IMG/VR virus record: IMGVR_UViG_3300030117_003836
Span: 1 to 56,056 of that record
Origin: a virus
Taxonomy: Duplodnaviria > Caudoviricetes
DNA length: 56,056 bases
Reading direction: 5' to 3' (one strand)
Position 1 is the stretch's first letter. Every line of letters starts with the position of its first letter. Below are positions 1 to 9,455 of the stretch, piece after piece. Under the pieces are notes generated by a model. That model was not told where the DNA came from. It worked only from the letters and a program-made list of their open reading frames with translations, and made no database searches. Both the position numbers and the translations under genes were made by a program.

Positions 1-1
1 T

Positions 2-99
2 GCAAAGGCAAGTTGAAATTAATATACCTGTTTACAATGATTTAGGAGAAGCAGTAGGTAAGATAAAGGATTATAGTGCTGCAAAATTTGATGTAAGAA
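2..99. repeat. Terminal direct repeat, left copy (98 nt); circular-assembly overlap
   Basis: gcaaaggcaagttg...gatgtaagaa at 2-99 is identical to 55959-56056; base 1 (t) differs from 55958 (a); the portal reading frame runs through the join. Confidence 0.95.
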
Positions 100-560
100 T
101 TATAGCAGGGTCTACAATGCCAATTAATAGATGGGCATATATTTCTGAACTTAAAGAAATGATGCAAATGGGTATTGTTGATGATATAGCAGTATTAGCA
201 GAGACAGATTTGCGTAATAAAGAACAAATTGCTAAGAGAAAAAGTATTTATTCTCAATTGCAAGGACAAGTTCAAAGCATGGAAAGTCAACTTAAAAAAC
301 AATCTGGAACTATCGAGACATTAGAAAGACAATTAGTTCAAGCAGGTATTAAAGATAAAGTCAATCAAGCTGAAGTTGAATTAGCTAAGAAGAAAGGGCA
401 AGTTGATTCTAATTTAGAAAAACAGTATCTAGAAACAGAAGCTAAACAGAAATTAGCACAGAAAATGTTTATGGATAATGCTAACTTGCAAAAGCAAAGA
501 ATTAAAATGGAAGCAGATAATATAATAAAAGACTTGACAGATAATAATGAAAGTGATTAG
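3..560 (+). CDS. Portal protein, C-terminal part (continues from 54217-56056)
   Basis: The frame starting at base 3 (QRQVEINIPVYND...FDVRIIAGSTMPINRW) is in frame with track ORF 117-560 and with the open frame leaving the right end; long C-terminal coiled coil as in P22-type portals. Confidence 0.88.
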   Translation, partial: QRQVEINIPVYNDLGEAVGKIKDYSAAKFDVRIIAGSTMPINRWAYISELKEMMQMGIVDDIAVLAETDLRNKEQIAKRKSIYSQLQGQVQSMESQLKKQSGTIETLERQLVQAGIKDKVNQAEVELAKKKGQVDSNLEKQYLETEAKQKLAQKMFMDNANLQKQRIKMEADNIIKDLTDNNESD

Positions 561-563
561 ATT
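534..563 (+). promoter_or_regulatory. Candidate sigma70-type promoter for scaffold/capsid genes
   Basis: TTGACA (534-539), 18-nt spacer, TAGATT (558-563), upstream of RBS AAGGAG and ATG 596. Confidence 0.4.
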
Positions 564-595
564 ACGCACAGATTTCTTAAACAAAAGGAGAAATA

Positions 596-1492
596 ATGAC
601 AGAAGAACAAGCAGGTAACTCAATTCCAGCTAATGAAGCAAGTGCTGAAGAAGCTGTTTTTGACTCAGGCGATTTCTTTTCTGAACTAGAAGATTCCGTA
701 AATGGAATGCAAACAGACGGGGAAGTTAGACAAACGCAAGAAGTAACCCAACCAGATGTTGGCCCTGAACAGGTAACCCAAAATACATCTACTGGCACTT
801 CGGTAAACTGGGATGACGAGAACAATCCTTATAAACAGAGGTACAAGGATTCAAGCAGAGAAGCTGTTCGTATTAACGATGAGCTTAAAGACTTGAAACC
901 TTTTGTTCCAGTTCTCGAAGCGATGAAACGAGACAGTGGTCTTGTTGAACATGTTCGTAACTATTTGCAAGGCGGTGGGCAACCACAGCAAGGCATAAAA
1001 GATCAATTGAATCTTCCTGAAGATTTTGAATTTGATGCAGAAGAAGCGATGAAAAATCCTGAATCAGCATCAGCAAAAGTTCAAAATGCTCATATAGATC
1101 AAATTGTTCAAGGTAGAGTTAATCAAATGATGACTAGAGAAAAAGAGAATGCTAAAAAAATGCAAGCTCAGTTTTTATATAAAAAGCAAGAAGAAGATTT
1201 CAAAAAGAAACATAATATGTCTGATGAAAAATTCGAAGCTTTTAAAAAAGCTGCAGCTGCTAAGCCTATGACTCTTGATGATGCATATTACTTAATTAAT
1301 AGAGATATGCAAGCTAGAAACATTGCTAACAATACTAAAAAAGATATGCTTGGACAAATGCAAAATGTACGAAACATTCCGACAAGTGCTTCTGACTCTA
1401 ATAATCAAGGCAACTCGCAAAAATCGCCAGACAATCAATTGTTTGACAATATGCTAGGTCTTGATGAAGATGTAGATAACTTGTTCGGGTAG
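596..1492 (+). CDS. Probable capsid scaffolding protein
   Basis: 298 aa, acidic N-terminus, helical/coiled-coil composition, lies between portal and major capsid. Confidence 0.7.
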   Translation: MTEEQAGNSIPANEASAEEAVFDSGDFFSELEDSVNGMQTDGEVRQTQEVTQPDVGPEQVTQNTSTGTSVNWDDENNPYKQRYKDSSREAVRINDELKDLKPFVPVLEAMKRDSGLVEHVRNYLQGGGQPQQGIKDQLNLPEDFEFDAEEAMKNPESASAKVQNAHIDQIVQGRVNQMMTREKENAKKMQAQFLYKKQEEDFKKKHNMSDEKFEAFKKAAAAKPMTLDDAYYLINRDMQARNIANNTKKDMLGQMQNVRNIPTSASDSNNQGNSQKSPDNQLFDNMLGLDEDVDNLFG

Positions 1493-1529
1493 ATGCTTCG
1501 ATAGATCATCTTCCGAACTTAATTAATAA

Positions 1530-1590
1530 TAACCAACCTGACCGAAGGCACATTAAGTGCAGTTGAGTGATGGTTAAAAGGAGATGGTCA
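1530..1590 (+). promoter_or_regulatory. Structured leader of the major capsid gene
   Basis: TAACCA(1530-35)/TGGTTA(1571-76) stem enclosing the GCAC-attaa-GTGC hairpin, directly before SD AGGAG (1579-83). Confidence 0.45.
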
Positions 1591-1591
1591 A

Positions 1592-3154
1592 ATGTCTGAT
1601 ATATTTAATTTAGAGACATACTCAGATACTAATTCGAGTCCTGGCGCTAGTGCTGGTGATACTCGATATGGTACTGGTCTTGACACAGGTGATCTTCGTA
1701 GAAAGTATAACTTTGGTGATAGAGTTTCTGAGCTTTCAATAGCTCAAGATCCGTTTTTTAGATTTGTAAGTAAAGTATCTAAAAAGCCAACTGATGACCC
1801 AAGTTTTAAATTCACAGAGAAGAGACCTTCGTGGCATAAAAGATATGCGTATCCTTCAGCATTTTCAAATGATAACGCAACTTGGGTAGAAGATCAAAGC
1901 ACTAATGCTACTACTCAATACGATACATATGAAACCGCTGGAAATACAGTATATGTAAAAATGGTAAGCGATTACCTTAATTCTGGAAACATAGCAAGTA
2001 TTTATGGAAATACAAATACTGACGTTTTATTAGGAGATAATGGAACACAACCTTCGTTCTTTATTCCTGGTCAGTTAGTTAAAATTCCATTTGCAGCATC
2101 AGCTGCAGGCGCTATGGGTTCATACGCAGTAATAAAAGTTGACTCAGTAACTTTACAAGATGAATCAACTTCACCTCCAACAGCTCACACACATGGTGAA
2201 GCTGCAATATTAAAAGCAACTGTTGTTAAAGCTAAAACAGCTGGTGATGATTATTTCGCTGGACCTTTAGGTGTTAATGCACCTGTTGGTGATGTTACAG
2301 CTAGTACATCAATTGCTGGAGCTTCTGCTGGTGCAGGTCTTGAAGCATCAAGATGTTACGTTGTTGGTTCTGCGTTTGAAGAAGGTTCTGGTTATCCAGA
2401 AACTTGGAAAGATCAACCTTACTCAACAGGGCAAGGTCAAACTCAGATTTGGAAAACTTCATGTGCTATGACAAATACTGCAAGAGCAACAGTTCTTAAG
2501 TATGAAGCAAATGAATGGGCAAGAATCTGGAAAGAAAAGTTAATTGAGCACAAATATGATATTGAGCAATCTTTATTATTTGGTTCTCAAAGTTCAGTTG
2601 ATAGTGTAAACTATACTCAAGGTGCTGTAGATTGGATTTCTACTTATGGAAATACTTTTAGCATGGCTCTTGGAACAAAAACAGCTGATGATTTCTTAAA
2701 CGATCTTTCTAATCTTTTAGATCCAAGATATAATAACAGTAAAGCTAATGTTTTCTTCTGTTCTACTGCAGTTTATAATTGGTTGCATAAATTAGGTGGA
2801 TATTTCCAAAACAATTTAGAAATTTCAACTAATTTTAGAGCTGATTTAGCTGTAACAGGCAGAAAGAAAGTTCTTGGCTTAGACACTACAACTATTTCAA
2901 CAGTATATGGTGATATGAATGTTGTAAGAAATATTCATTTAGATGGTACAAATATTGGTATTTTAGGAATCAATATGAAACATTGTGCTTATCGTCCATT
3001 GGTTGGAAATGGTTTAAACAGAGACACTTCAGTCTACGTAGGAGTTCAAACTTTAGAGAACTCAGGAGTCGATCGTAGAGTAGATATGATTCTAACTGAA
3101 GCTGGAATGCAGTGGGAGATGCCTGAATCTCACGCTGTATGGACACTATCTTAA
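1592..3154 (+). CDS. Major capsid protein (HK97 fold, DUF5309/SU10-like) with a large insertion domain
   Basis: 520 aa; motifs DPFFRFVSKV, GSAFEEGS, TQIWKTSCAMTNTA, KLIEHKYDIEQSLLFG, ILTEAGMQWEMPESHA; follows scaffold; strong RBS. Confidence 0.85.
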   Translation: MSDIFNLETYSDTNSSPGASAGDTRYGTGLDTGDLRRKYNFGDRVSELSIAQDPFFRFVSKVSKKPTDDPSFKFTEKRPSWHKRYAYPSAFSNDNATWVEDQSTNATTQYDTYETAGNTVYVKMVSDYLNSGNIASIYGNTNTDVLLGDNGTQPSFFIPGQLVKIPFAASAAGAMGSYAVIKVDSVTLQDESTSPPTAHTHGEAAILKATVVKAKTAGDDYFAGPLGVNAPVGDVTASTSIAGASAGAGLEASRCYVVGSAFEEGSGYPETWKDQPYSTGQGQTQIWKTSCAMTNTARATVLKYEANEWARIWKEKLIEHKYDIEQSLLFGSQSSVDSVNYTQGAVDWISTYGNTFSMALGTKTADDFLNDLSNLLDPRYNNSKANVFFCSTAVYNWLHKLGGYFQNNLEISTNFRADLAVTGRKKVLGLDTTTISTVYGDMNVVRNIHLDGTNIGILGINMKHCAYRPLVGNGLNRDTSVYVGVQTLENSGVDRRVDMILTEAGMQWEMPESHAVWTLS

Positions 3155-3168
3155 GAAAGGAGTAGATT

Positions 3169-3483
3169 ATGGGAATACCTTTATATGGACAAAATAAGCA
3201 TGGTGATAATCTAGACCAGTTTGCTAAAGCACTTTCTGGCTCTAAAGCGTGGAACCCAGGTGCTATTTCTGATGGCGATGAAGAAGCATTAGAAATATCT
3301 GTTCCTGGAGCAGCTCTTGGTGACTTTGTACTATCTAGTATGAGTGTTGATATAGCAGATGGTGTTTTACGTGGAGCAGTTACAGCTGCGGATACGGTAA
3401 CTCTAGTTATAGCTAATAATACAGGTGGTTCGCTTGACGTAGCATCTGGAACTGCTTACTGTTTAGTTATTAAAAAATCGTAA
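3169..3483 (+). CDS. Probable capsid decoration/cement protein
   Basis: 104 aa beta-rich protein (VPGAALGDFV...AADTVTLVIANNTGG) directly after the capsid gene. Confidence 0.55.
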   Translation: MGIPLYGQNKHGDNLDQFAKALSGSKAWNPGAISDGDEEALEISVPGAALGDFVLSSMSVDIADGVLRGAVTAADTVTLVIANNTGGSLDVASGTAYCLVIKKS

Positions 3484-3494
3484 GGAGGTAGATA

Positions 3495-3944
3495 ATGGCT
3501 AATAAATACTGGATAGCAAATAATCCTAATAGCGAAGTAACTGACGCTGAAGCACAAAAAATAGAAGAGTTATCAGCAACAACTGTATCACTTAATGAGC
3601 TTAATTCTTCTTGTGACGCTAGTATTATAGCGCCTGTGAAGTTATTGGTTTCAGCTGCTGTACCTCAAAACACTAGACTAATTAAACTATCTCATGCCAG
3701 TACGCCAATAGAGGTTACTGGGCCTGATGGAGTTAGACTAGGTGGACAAACAATGTTTATTACCAATGTAAGTGCTAGTGGAACTGCAGCTCATACTGTA
3801 ACTTTAGCTTCAGGAACATTTGACGGAACTAATAATAAAGCAACGTTAAATGCTCCAGGAGAATCTTTACATGTATGGTTTGATTCCTCTGGTGAAGGAG
3901 CAATAATAAACAATGTAGGTTCTGTAGCGTTATCATCAGTTTAG
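3495..3944 (+). CDS. Probable head decoration/structural protein
   Basis: 149 aa, small-residue beta-rich, RBS AAGGAGG, head operon position. Confidence 0.5.
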   Translation: MANKYWIANNPNSEVTDAEAQKIEELSATTVSLNELNSSCDASIIAPVKLLVSAAVPQNTRLIKLSHASTPIEVTGPDGVRLGGQTMFITNVSASGTAAHTVTLASGTFDGTNNKATLNAPGESLHVWFDSSGEGAIINNVGSVALSSV

Positions 3945-3962
3945 TGATTAATAGCTAGTAAT

Positions 3963-4017
3963 ATTTGGGGCTGTGGCTGCGGAGAGCTTCCCCTCCCTGT
4001 AGTCGCAGTTCCCAAAT
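3963..4017 (+). terminator. Long G-U-rich hairpin ending the head-gene unit (terminator or processing site)
   Basis: atttggggctgtggctgcgg pairs with ctgtagtcgcagttcccaaat (~20 bp, five G-U pairs that form only on the + strand); U-tract is weak. Confidence 0.55.
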
Positions 4018-4022
4018 TTAAC

Positions 4023-4067
4023 AATAACAATCTCGTTCACGGGATGTCAACCCCTTAGAGAGGAAGG
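4023..4067 (+). promoter_or_regulatory. Leader RNA motif, copy 1
   Basis: AATAACAA-tctc-GTTCAC-gggat(gtca)acccc-TTA-gaga, then purine-rich SD and TTG start at 4071. Confidence 0.6.
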
Positions 4068-4070
4068 AAA

Positions 4071-5147
4071 TTGGCAACATTTAAAACACAAATAGAAAAT
4101 CTTACAAAGTTAGATACTACGGGTGATGAAAATAAAATTACTCAATGGTTAGTAGATGGTGTTAGAGAGGTAGTAAATAGGATTAGTAATATTAGTCCTG
4201 GAGAAATAGTTAAATTTACTAAATCTTCTTCGTCTCCTAATAATGATGAGTTAGTAGTAACTGGAAAACTATTATCAGTAATGAGAAATCATTTTAAAAC
4301 TTTAGGTAGAATTAATCAATTACGTAAGGCAACATTAATAGATCCTAATAATAGAGCAGATGCTTTAGATAAGACTAGTTTGTATTATAGGTCTGAATAT
4401 AATCCAGGTTATTATATTATGAATGGAAAAATTAATGTAGTACCTATTCCAGATTCTAATAATTATATAGAATTAGCTCAAATAGCATATGATAGTGATG
4501 TAACATATGCATCTGAATCAATAAGCGACTTTCCTTATGAATATGAACATTTAATAGTTCAATATGCTGCAATTAAAGTATTATTTAGACATTTAACAAC
4601 TGTAGAAGAAACAATGGGCACGATGACACTGCCTGACATTCCTACAGCTCCTGTTAATTTAGATAATTTGACAGATATAAATCATTTAACTATTCCTGAA
4701 TTTACTGCTCCTCAAATGAGTTATTTAGATTGGACAGATACAAATAATTGGATTTCAACAGAAGAAGATAGTGAAATGTTAGCATCCAGAATGAGTGAAA
4801 TTGATGGTAAGTTAAAAGAATATGGTACTTTATTAGAAACAGAAAAAACAAAATTTGAAGAAGCAAATACTAAATTTCAAGCTGAATTACAAATAGCTAT
4901 AGAAAATACTAGAAGTGAAAATGAAAAAGATACAAGAGCATTGCAAATATTTTCTCAAGAAGTTATTCGTTATCAGCAAGAAGTTACAAAAGAAATACAA
5001 CGTTATCAATATGAAGTAATTACAAAAGCAACTAAAAAATATGAATGGGTTGCTAATAGGTATAGCGGATTAGTAAAAGATTATACAGACGCTTTTGCTT
5101 TAATGGGTAACATTCAAAAACAAAGCCAACCAAAAGGAGATAAATAA
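4071..5147 (+). CDS. Probable head-tail adaptor/tail tubular-type structural protein
   Basis: 358 aa; position after head genes; 'DFPYEYEHLIVQYAA' resembles the adaptor-family helix; coiled-coil C-terminus; TTG start. Confidence 0.45.
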   Translation: MATFKTQIENLTKLDTTGDENKITQWLVDGVREVVNRISNISPGEIVKFTKSSSSPNNDELVVTGKLLSVMRNHFKTLGRINQLRKATLIDPNNRADALDKTSLYYRSEYNPGYYIMNGKINVVPIPDSNNYIELAQIAYDSDVTYASESISDFPYEYEHLIVQYAAIKVLFRHLTTVEETMGTMTLPDIPTAPVNLDNLTDINHLTIPEFTAPQMSYLDWTDTNNWISTEEDSEMLASRMSEIDGKLKEYGTLLETEKTKFEEANTKFQAELQIAIENTRSENEKDTRALQIFSQEVIRYQQEVTKEIQRYQYEVITKATKKYEWVANRYSGLVKDYTDAFALMGNIQKQSQPKGDK

Positions 5148-5518
5148 TGGCAAATGAAATAAAAGTAAGTATCTCTATTACAGCTGAAAAAAATGGTGCT
5201 AAATTTACAAGAAGCGAATCTTTTATGGATGATATGACTGGAGATGCTTGGAGTACAGGTATTGTAGATGTTGCTGAAGCAGGAACTCAATTAACAGAAT
5301 TAGACGTAGGGACATATGGATGGGTTTTTGTAAAAAATTTAGGAACTGACAATGCTAAATATGTAGATATACAACATACTCAAAATACTGCAGATGATAG
5401 TTTGTGCAGATTATATGGCGGCGAATCTACTATATTAAAAACTGCTGCATTAACAGCATTATGGGGTGATTCAAGCAGTGGCACACAAGCAGTAGAGTAT
5501 GCAATAATAGAATTATAG
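5147..5518 (+). CDS. Virion structural protein (beta-sandwich)
   Basis: 123 aa, coupled by TAATG; GWVFVKNL motif loosely parallels KYVRITNL of 10078/10570. Confidence 0.5.
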   Translation: MANEIKVSISITAEKNGAKFTRSESFMDDMTGDAWSTGIVDVAEAGTQLTELDVGTYGWVFVKNLGTDNAKYVDIQHTQNTADDSLCRLYGGESTILKTAALTALWGDSSSGTQAVEYAIIEL

Positions 5519-5526
5519 GAGTTATT

Positions 5527-5808
5527 ATGACTGTTAAAGAAATAATGGAAAGAGCTGGAATGACAGAGACTGGTAGAGCTATAGCTTATATTAAAGATGG
5601 ATTAGAAGAAATTAATTTAATTTCAGAAACACATATTAAAACGGCTAGAAAAGATATTACTAAAGATAAAAGATTATATGAACTTCCTAATGAAGCATTG
5701 CAATTAAAAGATATTAGAATAAAAAATCATTTTAATAGTAAAGATGAATATAGAAGCATTCCTCGATTATTATATAATCCATTAATTAAAGATGCAGACG
5801 GAGAATAA
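5527..5808 (+). CDS. Hypothetical structural protein
   Basis: 93 aa ORF with RBS in the structural operon. Confidence 0.55.
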   Translation: MTVKEIMERAGMTETGRAIAYIKDGLEEINLISETHIKTARKDITKDKRLYELPNEALQLKDIRIKNHFNSKDEYRSIPRLLYNPLIKDADGE

Positions 5809-5810
5809 AA

Positions 5811-6512
5811 ATGGCTGATTCAAAAGAATACGGATATTATATAGAAGGAAATAAAGTAGCTATTGTTCAAAGAGACACTTCTTTTGATAATGATGCTAAT
5901 TCAAGAGATTATGGACCAGGTTCTGATAAATTTCAATGGAAATCACCATTAGAAAATGTTAATGAAGGCATTGAATTTCAATATTCATATTCCCCTGAAT
6001 ATAAAGAAACTAATCAATCTGGGAGAGTTTCTTCTAATCCTATTTCTTATACAGGAGGAGATAATGCAACTAGTGGAAAAACTGGAACTGTAAAATTTAC
6101 TTTTAATGACAATTTTGATTTTGAACCTTATATAGGCCAATACATTTTGTTGATAAATGCTGGTAGGTGGAGTGGTGTACATAAAATAGCTTTACAATCT
6201 ACAACTAATATAGTATATACTGAAACTCATTATCCAGAAGCAGACATTAGTACTACAATTAATTTTGAAAGCGGGACTAAGTATAATTTACATATATTAG
6301 TTTTAGAAGATGAATCTTATGAGATAGATCTTCCAGTTTATTTGCAAAAATCATTAGTATATTATTTAAAATCTAGATTATTTGAAGATATAGGTGATAT
6401 GAAAATGAAAGAATATTATTATAGAGAATTTACAAGACAACTAGAAAAAAACAATAACAGCAAAGTGCCAGGTATGAGAATGATTACACCTGGTATCAAT
6501 GCAATAAAATAA
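5811..6512 (+). CDS. Hypothetical structural protein (adaptor-like C-terminus)
   Basis: 233 aa; C-terminal 'IDLPVYLQKSLVYYLKSRLFED' helix like phage neck proteins. Confidence 0.5.
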   Translation: MADSKEYGYYIEGNKVAIVQRDTSFDNDANSRDYGPGSDKFQWKSPLENVNEGIEFQYSYSPEYKETNQSGRVSSNPISYTGGDNATSGKTGTVKFTFNDNFDFEPYIGQYILLINAGRWSGVHKIALQSTTNIVYTETHYPEADISTTINFESGTKYNLHILVLEDESYEIDLPVYLQKSLVYYLKSRLFEDIGDMKMKEYYYREFTRQLEKNNNSKVPGMRMITPGINAIK

Positions 6513-6552
6513 CAAACCCGTTCACGCACTTGCCAGTGCTTAGGGTAGGAGG
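6508..6552 (+). promoter_or_regulatory. Leader RNA motif, copy 2
   Basis: AATAACAA-accc-GTTCAC-gcact(tgcc)agtgc-TTA-gggt-AGGAGG, ATG at 6558. Confidence 0.6.
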
Positions 6553-6557
6553 TAAAA

Positions 6558-6902
6558 ATGGCACATAGATATACAGTACAGGAATCAAATAACTTAGCTA
6601 TTGGACAAGGTCCTTCAATATTCTTAAATGAAAATAGTAGCGATGACAGTAAATCAATAACACCGCCAACTGGCACAGTGTTTATTGCAATACAAGTTAT
6701 TAATGATTGTCAATTTAGTCAACTACTTGCAGAAGATAATACAAAATGTTATGGAACTGATGGTATAGACAATAGTCATTTAGGTGGGGTTGGTGACAGA
6801 ATACCTAATAGTCAAACTTTTCCAGCAGGAACAGTTATATATGGAAGATGGACTAAAATAGAGACAAATAATGGCGTAATAATTGCTTATTCTGGAGGGT
6901 AA
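6558..6902 (+). CDS. Small virion structural protein
   Basis: 114 aa; C-terminal FPAGTVIYGRWTKI...GVIIAY pattern seen in small phage beta-proteins; perfect SD. Confidence 0.55.
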   Translation: MAHRYTVQESNNLAIGQGPSIFLNENSSDDSKSITPPTGTVFIAIQVINDCQFSQLLAEDNTKCYGTDGIDNSHLGGVGDRIPNSQTFPAGTVIYGRWTKIETNNGVIIAYSGG

Positions 6903-6904
6903 TA

Positions 6905-7762
6905 ATGTTAGGCATTAAACAAATTTGTCAAAATAAACCTGGTACAGACAGCTTTAAATATCCTGCATTATTTTTAGGCCCTGGTAAATATGCTCAAGCA
7001 GCTAGTAATTCTAGTCTAAATAATTATACAGCATTTACTGTAGCAAGTAGCTATAATTATACAGATTTAAGTATTCAAGGAAGTTCACAATTCTATGAAT
7101 TTATAATAATGAAAAATAATAATTCTAGTATATTTTCAGGCAATGATACAGCAGGAGCATCTGTTAGTTTTTGGGGGATAACAGAACAGCTTGTATTCAT
7201 TTGTAATGGAAGCACTAAACATCTTGCATCAATTGTTGCTACAAATAACCATAAAAAAAGTCATAGTACCAGAGTAACAAGCCCTATTATAACAACAGTT
7301 TTAACAGGAGACGCTTCTTCAAATTCTTATGCACTCCATGTAATAGCATCAAATGGATACCAAAAAAATAATTCTCTTGTACATTTTAAAAGTACTGGTA
7401 GTTACACTTTTACTAATTGGGGTACGTTTGATACAGATGGATTTGTAAGCGCTGGAGCATATAGACAAACAGGAATAGCTCAAGATAGTAGCAATGCAAA
7501 TTTAACGTCTTCGCATGGTTTTCTTAGAGCTCAGCTTTGGAATTCTGCTTTAACAGACGAGCAAATATTAAATACTGTTGGTGGTGATGGTACTGTTTTT
7601 TCAATGCCTTCATATTCAGAAGGTAGTTATCCAGAGCCAAATCATGAATGGATACCTGTTTTAGGAAATAATTCAACTGTTCCAGATACAGGTAGTGACA
7701 CTGCTATTAATTTAACAATTGAGGGTAGTGCAAAAGTTGGTTATTATCCAGCAAGGGTATAA
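6905..7762 (+). CDS. LamG/concanavalin-A-like domain protein (head or tail appendage)
   Basis: 285 aa Ser/Asn/Thr-rich; 'GFLRAQLWNSALTDEQI' matches the LamG C-terminal motif. Confidence 0.55.
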   Translation: MLGIKQICQNKPGTDSFKYPALFLGPGKYAQAASNSSLNNYTAFTVASSYNYTDLSIQGSSQFYEFIIMKNNNSSIFSGNDTAGASVSFWGITEQLVFICNGSTKHLASIVATNNHKKSHSTRVTSPIITTVLTGDASSNSYALHVIASNGYQKNNSLVHFKSTGSYTFTNWGTFDTDGFVSAGAYRQTGIAQDSSNANLTSSHGFLRAQLWNSALTDEQILNTVGGDGTVFSMPSYSEGSYPEPNHEWIPVLGNNSTVPDTGSDTAINLTIEGSAKVGYYPARV

Positions 7763-7764
7763 AT

Positions 7765-8001
7765 ATGAATATAAAAGAAAGATACATATATATAGACACT
7801 AGTGAAGTAACTCAAGAAATGAAAGATAATAGTATTATTTATCAAATTAGCGCAGATAAAAGTAAAACAATATTATCTTGTGATGAGCAAAATAGGCCTA
7901 GTTGTTTTGATGGAATAGATTTAATTACAGAAAAAGAATTGTACGAAATTTATTGGAGTGATGAAAACGAAGGTGTTTGGTATTTTAAACCACCAGTATA
8001 A
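7765..8001 (+). CDS. Hypothetical protein
   Basis: 78 aa ORF following the LamG gene. Confidence 0.55.
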   Translation: MNIKERYIYIDTSEVTQEMKDNSIIYQISADKSKTILSCDEQNRPSCFDGIDLITEKELYEIYWSDENEGVWYFKPPV

Positions 8002-8015
8002 ATAAAGGAGAAATA

Positions 8016-8174
8016 ATGAGTAAGCAGGGGAAAAAGGAAGCTATGACTAATCAACAGAGATTAGAAAATTTGAAAAAACAAAAAGCGGAATGCGAAATCT
8101 TTTTTCATAGGCTTCAAGGCGCAATAGAATTGCTTGAAAATATGATAAAGGATGAAGATGAAAAAACAAATTAA
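8016..8174 (+). CDS. Small coiled-coil protein (not in track)
   Basis: RBS AAGGAG, ATG 8016, MSKQGKKEAMTNQQRLENLKKQKAECEIFFHRLQGAIELLENMIKDEDEKTN (52 aa). Confidence 0.65.
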   Translation: MSKQGKKEAMTNQQRLENLKKQKAECEIFFHRLQGAIELLENMIKDEDEKTN

Positions 8175-8604
8175 AGATATTATTGAATGGAGTTTAAAAG
8201 AAATGGATCTCTATTCAAAAGACGCAGCAGACCTTGTTTATAAAACAGGCAATGCAGAAACAGGTTATAGACATTTAAAACAAATGGGTAGTGGACCTGC
8301 AATTGGGTTCTGGCAAGTAGAACCCGCAACGCTTATTGACATAATGAATAATTACGTAAAATATCGTCCTAAGCTCGAAAAAGGGCTTAAATCGCTAGGA
8401 TTTGATGAAAGTGATATGGAGGTAAGGGTAATGAGTAATATTGCCTTACAAGCAGTATTTTGTCGCTTAAAGTATAAAAGAGATAAATACGCATTACCTA
8501 AGTCAAGTGACTTAAAAAAACAAGCTGAGTATTGGAAACGTGTATATAATACCCATCTTGGAAAAGGAACTATAAAACATTTCATGGAGGCAAACGATGA
8601 GTGA
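8152..8604 (+). CDS. Probable endolysin (lysozyme-like fold)
   Basis: Putative catalytic Glu in 'AETG' followed by LKQMGSGPAIGFWQVEPAT and YWKRVYNT, a lysozyme-superfamily pattern; small membrane proteins nearby. Confidence 0.6.
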   Translation: MKMKKQIKDIIEWSLKEMDLYSKDAADLVYKTGNAETGYRHLKQMGSGPAIGFWQVEPATLIDIMNNYVKYRPKLEKGLKSLGFDESDMEVRVMSNIALQAVFCRLKYKRDKYALPKSSDLKKQAEYWKRVYNTHLGKGTIKHFMEANDE

Positions 8605-9370
8605 ATTAGTAAAAAGAGCAATAGTAACGCCAGATAAACATTTTCCTGTGCATGACCCTAAAGCAATTGATGTGGTGTGTCAAGCAATAGAAATAGTTAA
8701 ACCTGATGCTTATGTTGATTTAGGAGATACTGGAGAATGGGAACATTTTAGTACTCATTACTGGAAAGGACGATCTGCAAAACCTATGGAAGATTTAATA
8801 CCATTATTAGATAAAGATGTAAAAGATGTAAACGATGGTATGGATTTAATAGATGCTTCCTTAGATAAAGCAAATTGTACAGAAAGACATTTTGTGCAAG
8901 GGAATCATGAAGTTTGGTTAGATAAATTTGTTATAAGGTATCCGTATTTAAGTCATTACATGACTGCTAAAGCTTTAAAGCTTAAAGAAAGAGGATATAA
9001 ATATCATCCATACAATAGAAAGAAATGCTTAAAAATTGGTAAATTAAATTTTACACATGGAAAGTTTACTTCTAAATACCATTCTTATAAACATTTAGAT
9101 GTATATGGTGAAAGTATCATGTATGGACATACTCATGATTTGCAACGACACACTAAAACAAATGCTGGCGGTACAATAAGTGGATGGAGTTTGGGATGCT
9201 TAAAGGATATAGAAGCAGATGAAGATTGGTTAAGCGGTAGACTAACAAATTGGAATCATGCTTTTGCAATAATAGATTTTTTTAAAAATGGGGATTATAA
9301 AGTTGAAATAGTAGAAATTATAAAAGGTAAAACGACTTTATGGGGAAAAGCTCTTTATGGGAATAAATAA
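8597..9370 (+). CDS. Calcineurin-like metallophosphoesterase
   Basis: Motifs DKH, LGD, GNHE, THG and GHTH all present in order. Confidence 0.88.
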   Translation: MSELVKRAIVTPDKHFPVHDPKAIDVVCQAIEIVKPDAYVDLGDTGEWEHFSTHYWKGRSAKPMEDLIPLLDKDVKDVNDGMDLIDASLDKANCTERHFVQGNHEVWLDKFVIRYPYLSHYMTAKALKLKERGYKYHPYNRKKCLKIGKLNFTHGKFTSKYHSYKHLDVYGESIMYGHTHDLQRHTKTNAGGTISGWSLGCLKDIEADEDWLSGRLTNWNHAFAIIDFFKNGDYKVEIVEIIKGKTTLWGKALYGNK

Positions 9371-9446
9371 TAAAATTACTTTATTATTATTGCTATGGTT
9401 TTTGGATAAGTTAATTATGCTCATAATGTTAATATATTTCAGTTAA
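9357..9446 (+). CDS. 29-aa hydrophobic peptide (not in track)
   Basis: MGINNKITLLLLLWFLDKLIMLIMLIYFS fills the gap between two genes. Confidence 0.4.
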   Translation: MGINNKITLLLLLWFLDKLIMLIMLIYFS

Positions 9447-9455
9447 TGGAGAAAA

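Noticed and set aside
2-99. Terminal repeat as a biological direct terminal repeat
   Set aside because: It falls in mid-portal gene and its 98-nt length is typical of a k-mer overlap from circular assembly.
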